A stretch of DNA of 52,925 nucleotides from an uncultured Candidatus Poseidoniales archaeon (GTDB taxonomy: Archaea; Thermoplasmatota; Poseidoniia; Poseidoniales; Poseidoniaceae): assembly GCA_963968885.1 (NCBI GenBank), contig CAXAGT010000005.1:1-52925 (forward strand), written 5' to 3'. The stretch's first letter is position 1. Each line of letters opens with the position of its first letter. Below are positions 18,797 to 28,631 of the stretch, in pieces. The notes under the pieces were generated by a model. That model saw only the letters and a list, made by a program, of their open reading frames with translations, searched no databases and was not told the DNA's origin. The position numbers and the translations under genes are program-made.

Positions 18797-21700
18797 GAGA
18801 CATCTGTTTGGCTTTATCATTGTTGAATAATGATTCAACACTTCCAGTCAGCCATTCCACATTTTGCTCTGTGTAAGTATCGACTCCATAAGTTGCCATT
18901 ACGTGTTTGGTAACATCGATGTATTTTCTTACAGCACCCTCGCTTACAGTAAGAGCAAGATTACCTCCACATTGATCCCCTTCAGTGCGCCTAACGCCAT
19001 GCGAGGCTAGACCACCGGGGACTGCAGTTTTAATCTGGATACATTGACCTGCAAGAGGCATTCTTCTGTAAGAGTGACCGCACTTTAGACACCTTACCTT
19101 TTGACGCCCATATGCATTCAGATTTCCTCTAAGGTCAGGAAGGAAGTGCGACCTAATTACGCTACTTGCAACATTTCTTACGTTCACTCCTCTCAACTTT
19201 TGCCCAAGTTCGAGTTGACCATTCATCTTATCCTTCATCGTCTCAAGTGTTTTGTAAGCACTCAACCTTGGCCCGGCATCGATTGCATCACAATCATGCG
19301 TGTATCCATAACCCCTCACGGCTGCTATGGTCCCTAATCTCCTATCTACAAAATCCATGTAATGCGCTAATTCTTTTGGATGGGGTTGATTCAAAGTAGC
19401 TTCGTAAAATCTGGCTTCATAGTACCATGCAGCATCAACATTCAGGGCTTCTTTGTCAACTTCTGTTGGATTTAATCTAGTCGTAAGGACAAGAGGTGCA
19501 TCCATTTGCCCTCCTCTATTTGCAGGTAGAATGTCTCTGCTGAAATTTAGCAATCCATCCATCAGCAGCATGATTGCATCTTCATCACCATCACAATTTC
19601 TTCTCTTGGCTGCGTGCATCAATGGATGTGCATAGCCGCCTGAACAATCAGCCCATCCGATAATCCGAGAAAGTACTCCTCCGGAGGTGTGAGGTGCGAG
19701 GGCACAGATTAGATGCCCAACAAGGTCATCGGGTATATTCACGTTATAGTAAGGGTCCATGTCGTAATATCTTGCCAGCAAATCATCGATGAACTGGGCA
19801 ACTCTCACGAAATATTCTCCAGCATCAAGGGCAACGATGAAGTCCTGTGGGAAAATTTCCAAAACCTGTTCATCATTTTCCAATTCCTCTCCTTCAATAT
19901 CGTGAGTATAACCAAGATTTTTCAATTTCTTCCAAGAAACTCTGATCTCTCTCGGTCTAAAATGGGTTACGGGCACGTCACTCATGTCGTACCTAGTGGT
20001 TCCGTCTCGAAATACAGGAACATTGTGCAATGCCCGTAAAATACCTTTCTCGATAGGCTCTGGGGTTTGCATTTTACTTGTCAATTTCTTTACACATTTT
20101 ACCTGTGCAGGCAATCTTGCCATACCCATTCTAATTCTTACATCTTCTAGTACAGAATCGAGTGGGATCGATTGAATTTCTCCGCGCCTTCTGCCTTTGT
20201 TGCTTGAGGAGGGAGTCATCTCCGTTCTTCCCTGACACGTTTCTCCAACTTTTGGCTGACCATATTGGTCCAAAACTCTGTGATGGCACCTTATGAATGG
20301 AGACTCTTTACCACATTTTTGACAAATTCTTCTTCCAACTTGAACCCTTATATTGCCTTTTTCAGAAGCATTTGTGATCAGTCTTTGCACGCCACCAAAC
20401 AACTCGATAGGCATTAGGGCGTGGCTCAAAGGGTTCATTTTTCTTGCAGCCGCTTTCTCCGGTCTACCCATTCTACATCCAATCCTAATGGGTGCTGAAT
20501 GCTCCCATCTTAAATTGGAAATTTTTCTGACAATTTCAAGGATTCCGATGACTCCATAGTCATCCTCATCCTTGAGCGCCGAGTTGTATGCATCTTGGTT
20601 CTTTGGACCTTTGTCTTCTACAGTATCTGCTGCGGATTTTCCTATAGCATCGGTCTGAGAAATTGTTTTTCCTTGCTGCCTTGCCTCTGTTTCTGCGGCA
20701 ATTCTAACCGTGGCCTTTTGCCTTTCAAGCTCCTTTTTTCTAATCCTTTCTTCCTCGAGTATGCTAAATGCCTCGCGGAATTTTTCAATTTTTGAGTTGA
20801 AATGTTTAGATGCATCAACAACGGGAATAGGCTTTTCATTGTTGTAAGTAAATCCTAATCCCTCAAGCAATGCTTCCCAACCAGTTGTGATGACCAAATC
20901 ATCTCCGTCGTGATGATGTGCAAGACCCAATATCAACGCAGATCCCTTGACAAGCCCATGTTGCGCAAGAGTCCACCACTCGGGCATTTCGTTCCCGAAT
21001 ATTGCATCTAATGGCAATATCCCGTTTCCAGGAATCTCTATCTCGTCAAAGTTCGGCTGTTTTTCAGGCATAAGTTGGGCCATTGTAGAAGATTTCCAAC
21101 CCTTCACTGCACCCTTGAATCGAAGTTGTTTTTGGCTAGGTTTTGGTTGGATGGAAATGTTTTCTCCCAAATCCGGTAATGTGATGCTATCCTCTATTTT
21201 TGCTCTGGGAATCTCATCATATAGTGCGGGCAACCATTCGTATGGCAAATCTAGGAACCATGGGTTGTAAGGAGGGGGAAGTGAACATCCAAATCTCTGC
21301 GCAACACCCTTTGCACTTTCCCAACTCAAATCAAAATTGGAGAGATATTTGTGCCATTTCCTTCTTGTGTGGAATTTCACATCTTCAGCTGTATTAGAGG
21401 CAGGAATCCCTTTTGGCAGATCGTTTGGTTTTACACTTAACAATTCAGCCAGTTCGTTAACTTCATTTTGATCTGAAATAAATTCTAACAAATCACTTGC
21501 CCACCAATCCATTGTATAACCTGCTGGAACAAGATTCTTGTTATTCTCCATAAATTCTCCATAACCGAGAACGAGTTCACCATTGTCCCAGATTGACTTA
21601 ACTTCCTTTTTCACAGCCTGTAGTGACTTTGCATCATCAAATCTCAAAAATTGGCCGCTTTCCATTATTACCCAAGGTCCCTCTGTGTCATCGCATGGGA

Positions 21701-22883
21701 CAATTGCACACGCCTTTCCTGGACGTTCAATTTTCATTTGAGTGCCTACGGTGATAAAATCATCCATCGCTGTCATGCACGCCTCATTAGCTCCAGCCGC
21801 CGCTAATCCACTAGGCCTTGGGCGTCCATATCGGAGCCTGAAACCTCCTGGGGCAAGAGGGGAGCCAAAAACTGGTCTGCCTGCGATTATGTCTTTCATA
21901 AATTTAGTAATCGGTTGGACCTTTTTCGACTTGAAACCTTCCTTCTTTTTTGATTCAGAATCCTCTTTGCCTTTATTTGCAAATTTCGAAATAAAATCCC
22001 AACCGGGAACCTTTAATCGTTCTGTATGCTTTTGTATTTTCGGCGCTTTCAAGCATAATCCTTCTCCGATAACAAGTAAAACTCCACCTCTTATCCTAGA
22101 TTCGTCAATGTTCCTTACATTTCCATATCCGGCACATTCTATTGATTCAGTTGACTCACCGTTAACCATAACCGGGCAAGCTTTGACAATCATTTCGATT
22201 TCTTCTGGGCTAGGTCTATACTGTAGATTGCCCCGATATAATCCGAATTCTTCCTTCACTCGCTCGACTTCACCATCAGTTGGCTGGTAGTGGCCAACAT
22301 CCAATTCTCTTCTGATCATATCTGCAATCAAAACTGCTAATGCTTGCGCAGTCCCACCGGCTGCTCTAATCGGACCTGCGAAATGCACGCTTACGAATTG
22401 TGACCCATCCAAATTATTCAGTAAACGAACCTCACTTATTCCTTCCAATGGAGCAACTAAAACGGCCTCGGTTAGGATTGCTAGACCTACTCTTAATCCG
22501 ACATCTATGGCCGTCTCTAAACCCGACCCTCTGTCGTTGAATGCTTTAGCAACTTTTTGTGCCATCAGAATAGAAGTCGTTTCTCTGTCCTGTTCTGAAA
22601 GCATCTCGCGGATGTCATCTGCGACTTCAAATCCATCAAGATATTCAAAAAGCAACTTTTCAGTTCTGCTGGCTAAATCAGATGCTCTTGGTATTTCTAC
22701 AGTTTCTTTCCAGTCGAGCCCTTTTTTTCTAGCTACCTCGGCGATTAAATATGCTTCCTCTGTCTTATCATCCAGCAATTGATGATATTTTTTCATCTCG
22801 GTTTCCAGTCGCTCCAAATCTAGCCCAACACAAGGGTCTTCTCCCTTGGTTTTGCTCGAATCCGATGCGGTGCTTGAGCCCAT
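18780..22883 (-). CDS. polC: DNA polymerase D large subunit DP2
   Basis: FAGPIRAAGGTAQAL, GGFRLRYGR, RMGRPEKA, FRDGT, LAPHTSGG, catalytic HAAKRRNCDGDED, GGQMDAPL, C-terminal PIP box QMSLTDFL. Confidence 0.98.
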   Translation of the reverse strand: MGSSTASDSSKTKGEDPCVGLDLERLETEMKKYHQLLDDKTEEAYLIAEVARKKGLDWKETVEIPRASDLASRTEKLLFEYLDGFEVADDIREMLSEQDRETTSILMAQKVAKAFNDRGSGLETAIDVGLRVGLAILTEAVLVAPLEGISEVRLLNNLDGSQFVSVHFAGPIRAAGGTAQALAVLIADMIRRELDVGHYQPTDGEVERVKEEFGLYRGNLQYRPSPEEIEMIVKACPVMVNGESTESIECAGYGNVRNIDESRIRGGVLLVIGEGLCLKAPKIQKHTERLKVPGWDFISKFANKGKEDSESKKKEGFKSKKVQPITKFMKDIIAGRPVFGSPLAPGGFRLRYGRPRPSGLAAAGANEACMTAMDDFITVGTQMKIERPGKACAIVPCDDTEGPWVIMESGQFLRFDDAKSLQAVKKEVKSIWDNGELVLGYGEFMENNKNLVPAGYTMDWWASDLLEFISDQNEVNELAELLSVKPNDLPKGIPASNTAEDVKFHTRRKWHKYLSNFDLSWESAKGVAQRFGCSLPPPYNPWFLDLPYEWLPALYDEIPRAKIEDSITLPDLGENISIQPKPSQKQLRFKGAVKGWKSSTMAQLMPEKQPNFDEIEIPGNGILPLDAIFGNEMPEWWTLAQHGLVKGSALILGLAHHHDGDDLVITTGWEALLEGLGFTYNNEKPIPVVDASKHFNSKIEKFREAFSILEEERIRKKELERQKATVRIAAETEARQQGKTISQTDAIGKSAADTVEDKGPKNQDAYNSALKDEDDYGVIGILEIVRKISNLRWEHSAPIRIGCRMGRPEKAAARKMNPLSHALMPIELFGGVQRLITNASEKGNIRVQVGRRICQKCGKESPFIRCHHRVLDQYGQPKVGETCQGRTEMTPSSSNKGRRRGEIQSIPLDSVLEDVRIRMGMARLPAQVKCVKKLTSKMQTPEPIEKGILRALHNVPVFRDGTTRYDMSDVPVTHFRPREIRVSWKKLKNLGYTHDIEGEELENDEQVLEIFPQDFIVALDAGEYFVRVAQFIDDLLARYYDMDPYYNVNIPDDLVGHLICALAPHTSGGVLSRIIGWADCSGGYAHPLMHAAKRRNCDGDEDAIMLLMDGLLNFSRDILPANRGGQMDAPLVLTTRLNPTEVDKEALNVDAAWYYEARFYEATLNQPHPKELAHYMDFVDRRLGTIAAVRGYGYTHDCDAIDAGPRLSAYKTLETMKDKMNGQLELGQKLRGVNVRNVASSVIRSHFLPDLRGNLNAYGRQKVRCLKCGHSYRRMPLAGQCIQIKTAVPGGLASHGVRRTEGDQCGGNLALTVSEGAVRKYIDVTKHVMATYGVDTYTEQNVEWLTGSVESLFNNDKAKQMSLTDFL

Positions 22884-23008
22884 CTTAGGTAGTTCAAAGG
22901 CAGGGCTTTATGATTACATCGCTGAATATTTCTGACCAAATGGAGGGCGATTGTAAATGAACAAACATAGAGGTAACGTATTTGCGTTGCCTCTACTTGG
23001 ATTAAATT

Positions 23009-23605
23009 ATGTCGGTGCACCCAGAATTGAGAGGATTTGACAGTTGGTCTAGATTGAGAGATTTGGTGCATGAACTTGCCTTCTTGGATGGGGGCGACGA
23101 CAAGGCATTCACTCTTGCGAGTGGAAAAACATCAAGATGGTTTTTTGACATGAAACCCGTTATGATGCACCCGGAATCTACAAAACTGCTTGGTGAATTG
23201 ATAAATCATAGGCTTGATACAATGGACTGCCGGTTTGTTGGAGGACTTGAATTGGGAGCAGTACCTTTGACAGCACTAGTTGTGGCAACCTCGGATCAAG
23301 ATTGCATGAGAAGAGGGATAATGGTTAGAAAAGAACCAAAAGGCAGAGGTGGCAGAAAAACAAACAATCCACCAGGCATCGAGGGGACCTCGCTAGAAGG
23401 AGGGGGCAACATAGTGGTGCTTGAGGACGTTACGACCACGGGTGGTTCAGCCATTAAGGCAGTTCAAATGCTAGAGTCCGAAACCTCTTGCAAAGTGATA
23501 GCAGTCATTTCAATTCTTGATCGTGAAGAAGGTGGTGTTGAAGCCTTCTCAAAAGCCGGAATTAACTTCGAATCTATTTTCACAAGAAGCGATATTTCGG
23601 AGTGA
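23009..23605 (+). CDS. pyrE: Orotate phosphoribosyltransferase
   Basis: FTLASGKTS..FD.K, GLELGAVP, VRKEPK, PRPP loop VLEDVTTTGGS. Confidence 0.93.
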   Translation: MSVHPELRGFDSWSRLRDLVHELAFLDGGDDKAFTLASGKTSRWFFDMKPVMMHPESTKLLGELINHRLDTMDCRFVGGLELGAVPLTALVVATSDQDCMRRGIMVRKEPKGRGGRKTNNPPGIEGTSLEGGGNIVVLEDVTTTGGSAIKAVQMLESETSCKVIAVISILDREEGGVEAFSKAGINFESIFTRSDISE

Positions 23606-24930
23606 ACCTGATGTACGATTTAATTAGACCAACAGGAATCGGTGAATTCGAATTCCAAGAGCCGGTTGTAGACAAAACATCAAACAAAAACTTGGCATTC
23701 TTTCATGGCAACACCGCAAAACCATTGTCAACACCTTGGCAAGTATCCCTCGAAAGAGCAAAGAAATTGATTACATACGAATTACCTGAAGGTTACATCG
23801 TAGATTGTGCCTGTGGCTCCGGTGTCCAATTAGCAGCCTATGCTTCTCTTGCAAGAAAACCCGCAATGGGAATTGAGCTAGATGAATCAAGGGCACTTGC
23901 AAGTGCCAAAAATTTAGAGGTTGTAGCGAATCTAAGAAATAATCTGGATCGTAAATGGTTCAAAGAATCCATTTTTTTGATTGGCGATGGCAGAAAAGGC
24001 AGAGAGGCATTGCAAGTTGTTCGTGAGCAAAATGAAGATGACTCGAATCCAGAAGTGAGCTTACTGATTTTAGATCCAGCACGTCCAAGAAACAGTCGAA
24101 CACATGGCCTTGAAGAGATGTCACCACAACTCCCTGAGATATTTGCAGGATGGAAAGACTTTCTCAATCAGGGCAAAAATGGTCCAGCAATAATTCTAGA
24201 TTTATCTCCCAGACTTGTCCATGAACAGCGCCTAGAAGTTGAGAATATCGTTGATGATTACTGGCCTGGCATTGCAAAAACCTGGGAATGGATTAGCCGT
24301 GGTGGAGGAAGGGTTGATCGTTTGACGCTTTGGTTGGGTGCAGTAGCCGATAAAAAGTACAAACGCAGGTTTGTCAGAATCCCATCAAACCCTAAGGCAA
24401 AACCAACCGTAATTCAGGGAGAAAACCCTCTTTCCGACGGGGAAAATATCCCTGAAATTGCAAGAAGATTACCGAGGAAAGGAGATTATCTCAGCATCAT
24501 AGATTCAGCCCTGGTCGAATCTGGGCTTGCTCAGGCTTGGCTAGAGTCATGCTTGGATGAAAATTCCCTTTCTAAAATAGTCGATCCAGACCACGCTAAA
24601 CCTTACTGGGCAGATGTAAGGACGAGAAGGCCGATATATCATCATCCAGTTGATCTCAAACTTCCTTTTGGAGGAGAAAATTTTATTCAAGCGGGGGGGA
24701 AGATAGTTGCTATTTTCCATGAAGAATTTAGTTTAGAAAATTCAGACAAAATCGTTGCGTTTGCACGCAAGCACGAGATCGGTGACTTGAAAATCCGCCT
24801 ACCTATTGATCCAAAAATACAACCTAAACTCCAAGGCGCAATCGACAGACAATTATCTTCAAGCGGCGGAAAAAGAAAGGGATTCATGGTAAAATCGGGT
24901 GCAGATAATATGTCTCTTTTGGTTGTTTAA
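23602..24930 (+). CDS. Class I SAM-dependent methyltransferase with THUMP-like C-terminus (putative RNA methyltransferase)
   Basis: IVDCACGSG motif I, GIELD, ILDPARP, LDLSP, EWIS; GTGA overlap with pyrE. Confidence 0.75.
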   Translation: MNLMYDLIRPTGIGEFEFQEPVVDKTSNKNLAFFHGNTAKPLSTPWQVSLERAKKLITYELPEGYIVDCACGSGVQLAAYASLARKPAMGIELDESRALASAKNLEVVANLRNNLDRKWFKESIFLIGDGRKGREALQVVREQNEDDSNPEVSLLILDPARPRNSRTHGLEEMSPQLPEIFAGWKDFLNQGKNGPAIILDLSPRLVHEQRLEVENIVDDYWPGIAKTWEWISRGGGRVDRLTLWLGAVADKKYKRRFVRIPSNPKAKPTVIQGENPLSDGENIPEIARRLPRKGDYLSIIDSALVESGLAQAWLESCLDENSLSKIVDPDHAKPYWADVRTRRPIYHHPVDLKLPFGGENFIQAGGKIVAIFHEEFSLENSDKIVAFARKHEIGDLKIRLPIDPKIQPKLQGAIDRQLSSSGGKRKGFMVKSGADNMSLLVV

Positions 24931-25073
24931 TTCAGACGAAATACATGAGATATAATGTCGCGATATACTCCGATTTTAGTGATGAAGGGCGAGTCTATTA
25001 AATCGCGGTCTTGATATAGGGGAGGTTGGTCGGCAACTTGCTCGACAGTATGTTTGAGCATAGGGTGCGAAAA

Positions 25074-25538
25074 ATGGCAAGACCAACAGAAGAAGAACTA
25101 GGCGACGATTTCTCCTATATCATTCGTATGGCTGATGCAGACGTTGACGGGCTAAAGCCTCTGGCGACTGCATTGACGTCCATCAAAGGAATTGGGCACA
25201 GGACCGCTCATCAAATTTGCAAACTAGGCGGATTCGATGCTGAAAGAGCCGCAGGTTTCCTTGACAAAGATCAGCAAACTAAGCTGGTAGAAATGGTTGA
25301 ATCGTATGCAGAAAATGTTCCTTTGTGGATGCTAAACAGGCAGAGAGACATCGAAACAGGAGACGAACTTCACCTAACTGGCCAAGCAGTCAAATTCACA
25401 CACCAAGACGACATTCAAAGACACAGGACTATGAAATCCTACAGAGGAGTTAGGCACGCAAGTGGTAACAAGGTTCGTGGTCAAAGAGGAAAGTCCAATG
25501 GAAGATTTGGACTTACAATGGGTGTCAAGAGGAAGTGA
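25074..25538 (+). CDS. rps13: 30S ribosomal protein S13 (uS13)
   Basis: IIRMADADVDG, ALTSIKGIG, PLWMLNRQRD, SYRGVRH..G.KVRGQR. Start at ATG 25074. Confidence 0.97.
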   Translation: MARPTEEELGDDFSYIIRMADADVDGLKPLATALTSIKGIGHRTAHQICKLGGFDAERAAGFLDKDQQTKLVEMVESYAENVPLWMLNRQRDIETGDELHLTGQAVKFTHQDDIQRHRTMKSYRGVRHASGNKVRGQRGKSNGRFGLTMGVKRK

Positions 25539-25548
25539 GGGATGAATC

Positions 25549-26196
25549 ATGGGTGAGCCAAAATTTTCCAGACCAAAGTACGACACACCTTCACATCCTT
25601 GGAAGGCAGACAGAATCGAAGAAGAGCATGCCCTGAAAGCAAATCACGGTTTGAAGAGCATGAAGGAAATTTGGAAGGCAAAGTCTCAGTTGAGAAGGCA
25701 CCGAAGGCAAGCAATGCGCTTGATTGGTAGCGTTGATACAACCTCAGGACACGGAGCAAGAGAGCAATCTGATCTGCTGGCATCCTTGTACAACAAGGGT
25801 CTAGTAGGGCAAGACGCTTCCATCGACGACATCTTAGTCATTGGTGTTGAGGAGATTCTGAACCGTAGATTGCAAGCTCAAGTATACTACAAAGGACTTG
25901 CTGCAACTATGCGCCAAGCAAGACAACTAATCACACACGGACAAATTTGTGTCGGTGAGCAAAAAATTACAATTCCATCTTACCCGGTCTCAAGGGACGA
26001 GGAAGAAGAGATTCAGTACCACTACTCCAGCGCTCTTAACAACCCCGAACATCCAATTCGAAAAGCGATAGAAGGTAGAATCGCAGAAGCTGGATACGAC
26101 TCTGAAGAAGTAGATCCAGAAGCAAGTGAACAATTCGCACAAGAAGTAATTGAAGGTGCTCAAGAAGCACCTTCTGCTGATGGAGGCGATGAATGA
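25549..26196 (+). CDS. rps4: 30S ribosomal protein S4 (uS4), with acidic C-terminal tail
   Basis: [41 protein letters not shown]. Confidence 0.97.
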   Translation: MGEPKFSRPKYDTPSHPWKADRIEEEHALKANHGLKSMKEIWKAKSQLRRHRRQAMRLIGSVDTTSGHGAREQSDLLASLYNKGLVGQDASIDDILVIGVEEILNRRLQAQVYYKGLAATMRQARQLITHGQICVGEQKITIPSYPVSRDEEEEIQYHYSSALNNPEHPIRKAIEGRIAEAGYDSEEVDPEASEQFAQEVIEGAQEAPSADGGDE

Positions 26197-26579
26197 TGAC
26201 TCGCAAAGCAATCGTAAACATCTTCTCTTCATACAATAATATCGTGATGACAGCTACAGACCTTACCGGAGCTGAGACAATCTCCACATGTTCTGGCGGT
26301 CAAGTCGTCAAGGCAAGTAAGGATACAGGAAGCCAATTCGCTGGAACAAGAGCGGCTGAGAGGATGGCTGACGAATTGAAGGAAAGAGAATTTACTCAAT
26401 TGATCATCAAGTATCGTGCCCCTGGTGGAAACAAAGCAAACAATACTGGTCCAAGCGCACAAGCAGCAATCCGTGCTTTCACTCGTGCTGGTATGACAAT
26501 TACAAGAATCGAAGACGTAACGCCTATTGCCCATGACGGAACAAAATCCAAAGGTGGGCGCAGAGGAAGAAGAGTCTGA
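26193..26579 (+). CDS. rps11: 30S ribosomal protein S11 (uS11)
   Basis: [41 protein letters not shown]. Confidence 0.97.
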   Translation: MMTRKAIVNIFSSYNNIVMTATDLTGAETISTCSGGQVVKASKDTGSQFAGTRAAERMADELKEREFTQLIIKYRAPGGNKANNTGPSAQAAIRAFTRAGMTITRIEDVTPIAHDGTKSKGGRRGRRV

Positions 26580-26597
26580 ATTTTGAGGTTGAGTAAA

Positions 26598-27527
26598 ATG
26601 GATATAGAATTCGTCGAAGGCTGGCCGAAAGAAAACAAAGTAAGGTTGTTGATTAAAAATACCGATAGCGCTCAAGTGAACGCATTGCGTAGAACCATTA
26701 TTGCTGATGTTCCTAAATTGGCAATTTCAAGAGTAGATTATTCTCAAGGAGTAACTCAAGATAACAAGGGTGAGGTTTACGAATCAGTAAATGCCCTGCC
26801 AGACGAGGTTTTAGCACACAGGCTTGCAATGGTACCAGTGCCAACAAACCCAGAAGAGAAATTGTACTTCCCTGATGAGTGCCCAAATTGTATGGACCTT
26901 GCGCCAAAGGACAAAGGTTGTCCATCTTGCCAAGTACTCTACACCTTGAGCGCAAGAGGTCCAAGTTCAGAATCTGAAGAACAGTTCAAGACTGTCTACA
27001 CAGGAGACTTGACAACAATTTCCGATCCTATATTCGATGTAAGAGAGGAACATAGAAGAATTCCTCTTACAATTCTAGCACAGGGGCAGTATTTGGAATT
27101 CTATGCTTTCGCTGTATTGGGTAGAGGAAGGGAACATGCAAAGTTCACTCCTGCCTCGGCAATCACCTTCAGACCTAACAGAAAAGCAATCCTAAATGAT
27201 GCAAAGGCTGCAGAGACACTATTTTCTCTGAATCTGACAACAAGTGGTGGAACAAAAATCGACAAGAGTTTGTTTACAAAGAAAGTCTGCTCCGATGTAG
27301 ACAAAGTCTTGGACCTAGAGAAAGCAATGCACCAAGTTGGAGCAGGAACTGGAAGAGAAGAAGCATTTGGCGATGCAATCACCTTTGAGACCATTCCAAA
27401 TGAGTATGTCTTCATGTTTGAGTCGGATGGCTCTCTTACTCCTGAGCAAATCATTAATTCAGCTATGGATGAATTGCAAGGAAGATTCAGTAGAATCACA
27501 GAAGAACTTGACTTGGCTCTTGTTTGA
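26598..27527 (+). CDS. rpoD: DNA-directed RNA polymerase subunit D (Rpo3)
   Basis: NALRRTIIADVP, DEVLAHRLAMVP, G.GREHAKF, F.FESDGSL; last gene of the S13-S4-S11 operon; GAGGT upstream of ATG 26598. Confidence 0.96.
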   Translation: MDIEFVEGWPKENKVRLLIKNTDSAQVNALRRTIIADVPKLAISRVDYSQGVTQDNKGEVYESVNALPDEVLAHRLAMVPVPTNPEEKLYFPDECPNCMDLAPKDKGCPSCQVLYTLSARGPSSESEEQFKTVYTGDLTTISDPIFDVREEHRRIPLTILAQGQYLEFYAFAVLGRGREHAKFTPASAITFRPNRKAILNDAKAAETLFSLNLTTSGGTKIDKSLFTKKVCSDVDKVLDLEKAMHQVGAGTGREEAFGDAITFETIPNEYVFMFESDGSLTPEQIINSAMDELQGRFSRITEELDLALV

Positions 27528-27611
27528 TTTGAAAATTAAGGATTAGCAATAGTGGAAATCCTTCACTATATTGATTTAATAAGCACATTTGGCTTGTTTA
27601 GAGGAATTTCT

Positions 27612-28631
27612 GTGATACAGAGTAAGTGTCCTGGCCACATTACTCTCATTTTTTCTATTCACGATGGATCACTATTACCCAGGGCTCAAGGTTCGCGGGG
27701 CGTAGGTATTTGCTTGGAAGATGGAGTAAGGGTTGAACTTGAGCATACAGGAAAGATTACCCCTGATTCAGAAGCAAAAACCAGCCATGGGCAATCACTA
27801 GATACTCCTGCAGTATTTTCGAAGAATGGTGAATTGATAGTCAGTATTTATTCAATGAATGGGGAGAAATTTAGTGGTAGCGATGCCATGTATCACGATT
27901 TGGTCTCAGAATTAAGAGAAATGTATCTTCTCAATAAGTACGACTCTTTCAAATTAAACATATTTCTTGAATTACCAGTTTCGCAAGGTTTTGGCATGTC
28001 TGCTTCCGGATTACTCTCAGCATCTCTAGCCTTTTTCGAATTTAGTAACAAAGGCAGGCTGGACCAATATGTGAGGCTTGCTCACAGACTAGAGAGGAAG
28101 TATCACGGAGGTCTTGGAGATGTATTGGGAATATACCTAGGTGGAGTTGAGATGCGTGTTATTGCAGGTAGTCCAGGTGCCGGAGGAATTGGCGTAAGTT
28201 TTGGGACCCAAACGGATGTGCTATTGGTCTGGGAAGATTCTTCAGAAAGACATACATCAACTTATATCGACGATCCAAAATGGAAATTATCGATCTCTAA
28301 AGCAGGAGACAAATGTGTTGATGAGTTAAGCATAGGGTCTTGGGATGAGGATAAATGGCCTAGTATCCTTGAAAATTCAATGAAGTTCTCCACAGATTCT
28401 GGCATGCTAGAAGAGGACGCTAGAGCGAAATTCCTCGCGAAAGTCAATTCATCGATTGAAGCAGCAGGTCTTGCTAAGAGTGTTCAAGCTTGTTTGTGTA
28501 TGCTAGGAATCTCTGCTGTAATTTTGCCTAAGTCTTTGGACCAGAAACTTACTACACATCAATTAGAAAATATAGCAAAGGAACTCCAAAAACAAGGGCT
28601 TGAATGTAAGGTTTCTAGGATTGAGAGTTAG
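27612..28631 (+). CDS. Pantoate kinase (GHMP kinase)
   Basis: CPGHIT, GSRGVG, GHMP loop LPVSQGFGMSAS, AHRLE....GLGDV, GGVE.R..G.PG. GTG 27612 follows GAGGA. Confidence 0.85.
   Translation: MIQSKCPGHITLIFSIHDGSLLPRAQGSRGVGICLEDGVRVELEHTGKITPDSEAKTSHGQSLDTPAVFSKNGELIVSIYSMNGEKFSGSDAMYHDLVSELREMYLLNKYDSFKLNIFLELPVSQGFGMSASGLLSASLAFFEFSNKGRLDQYVRLAHRLERKYHGGLGDVLGIYLGGVEMRVIAGSPGAGGIGVSFGTQTDVLLVWEDSSERHTSTYIDDPKWKLSISKAGDKCVDELSIGSWDEDKWPSILENSMKFSTDSGMLEEDARAKFLAKVNSSIEAAGLAKSVQACLCMLGISAVILPKSLDQKLTTHQLENIAKELQKQGLECKVSRIES

Noticed and set aside
19575-19620. Intein in DP2 at the usual RRN/CDGDED site, suggested by the long ORF
   Set aside because: HAAKRRNCDGDED is contiguous, and no intein terminal or endonuclease motifs are seen.
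21742-22290. 182-aa antisense ORF inside polC, and the many other short shadow ORFs in the track
   Set aside because: They lie wholly within well-supported genes and show no motifs; these are expected antisense shadows.
24931-25073. tRNA or C/D-box sRNA upstream of rps13
   Set aside because: No cloverleaf or T-loop is visible; a GTGATGA box C-like word has no matching CTGA box D.
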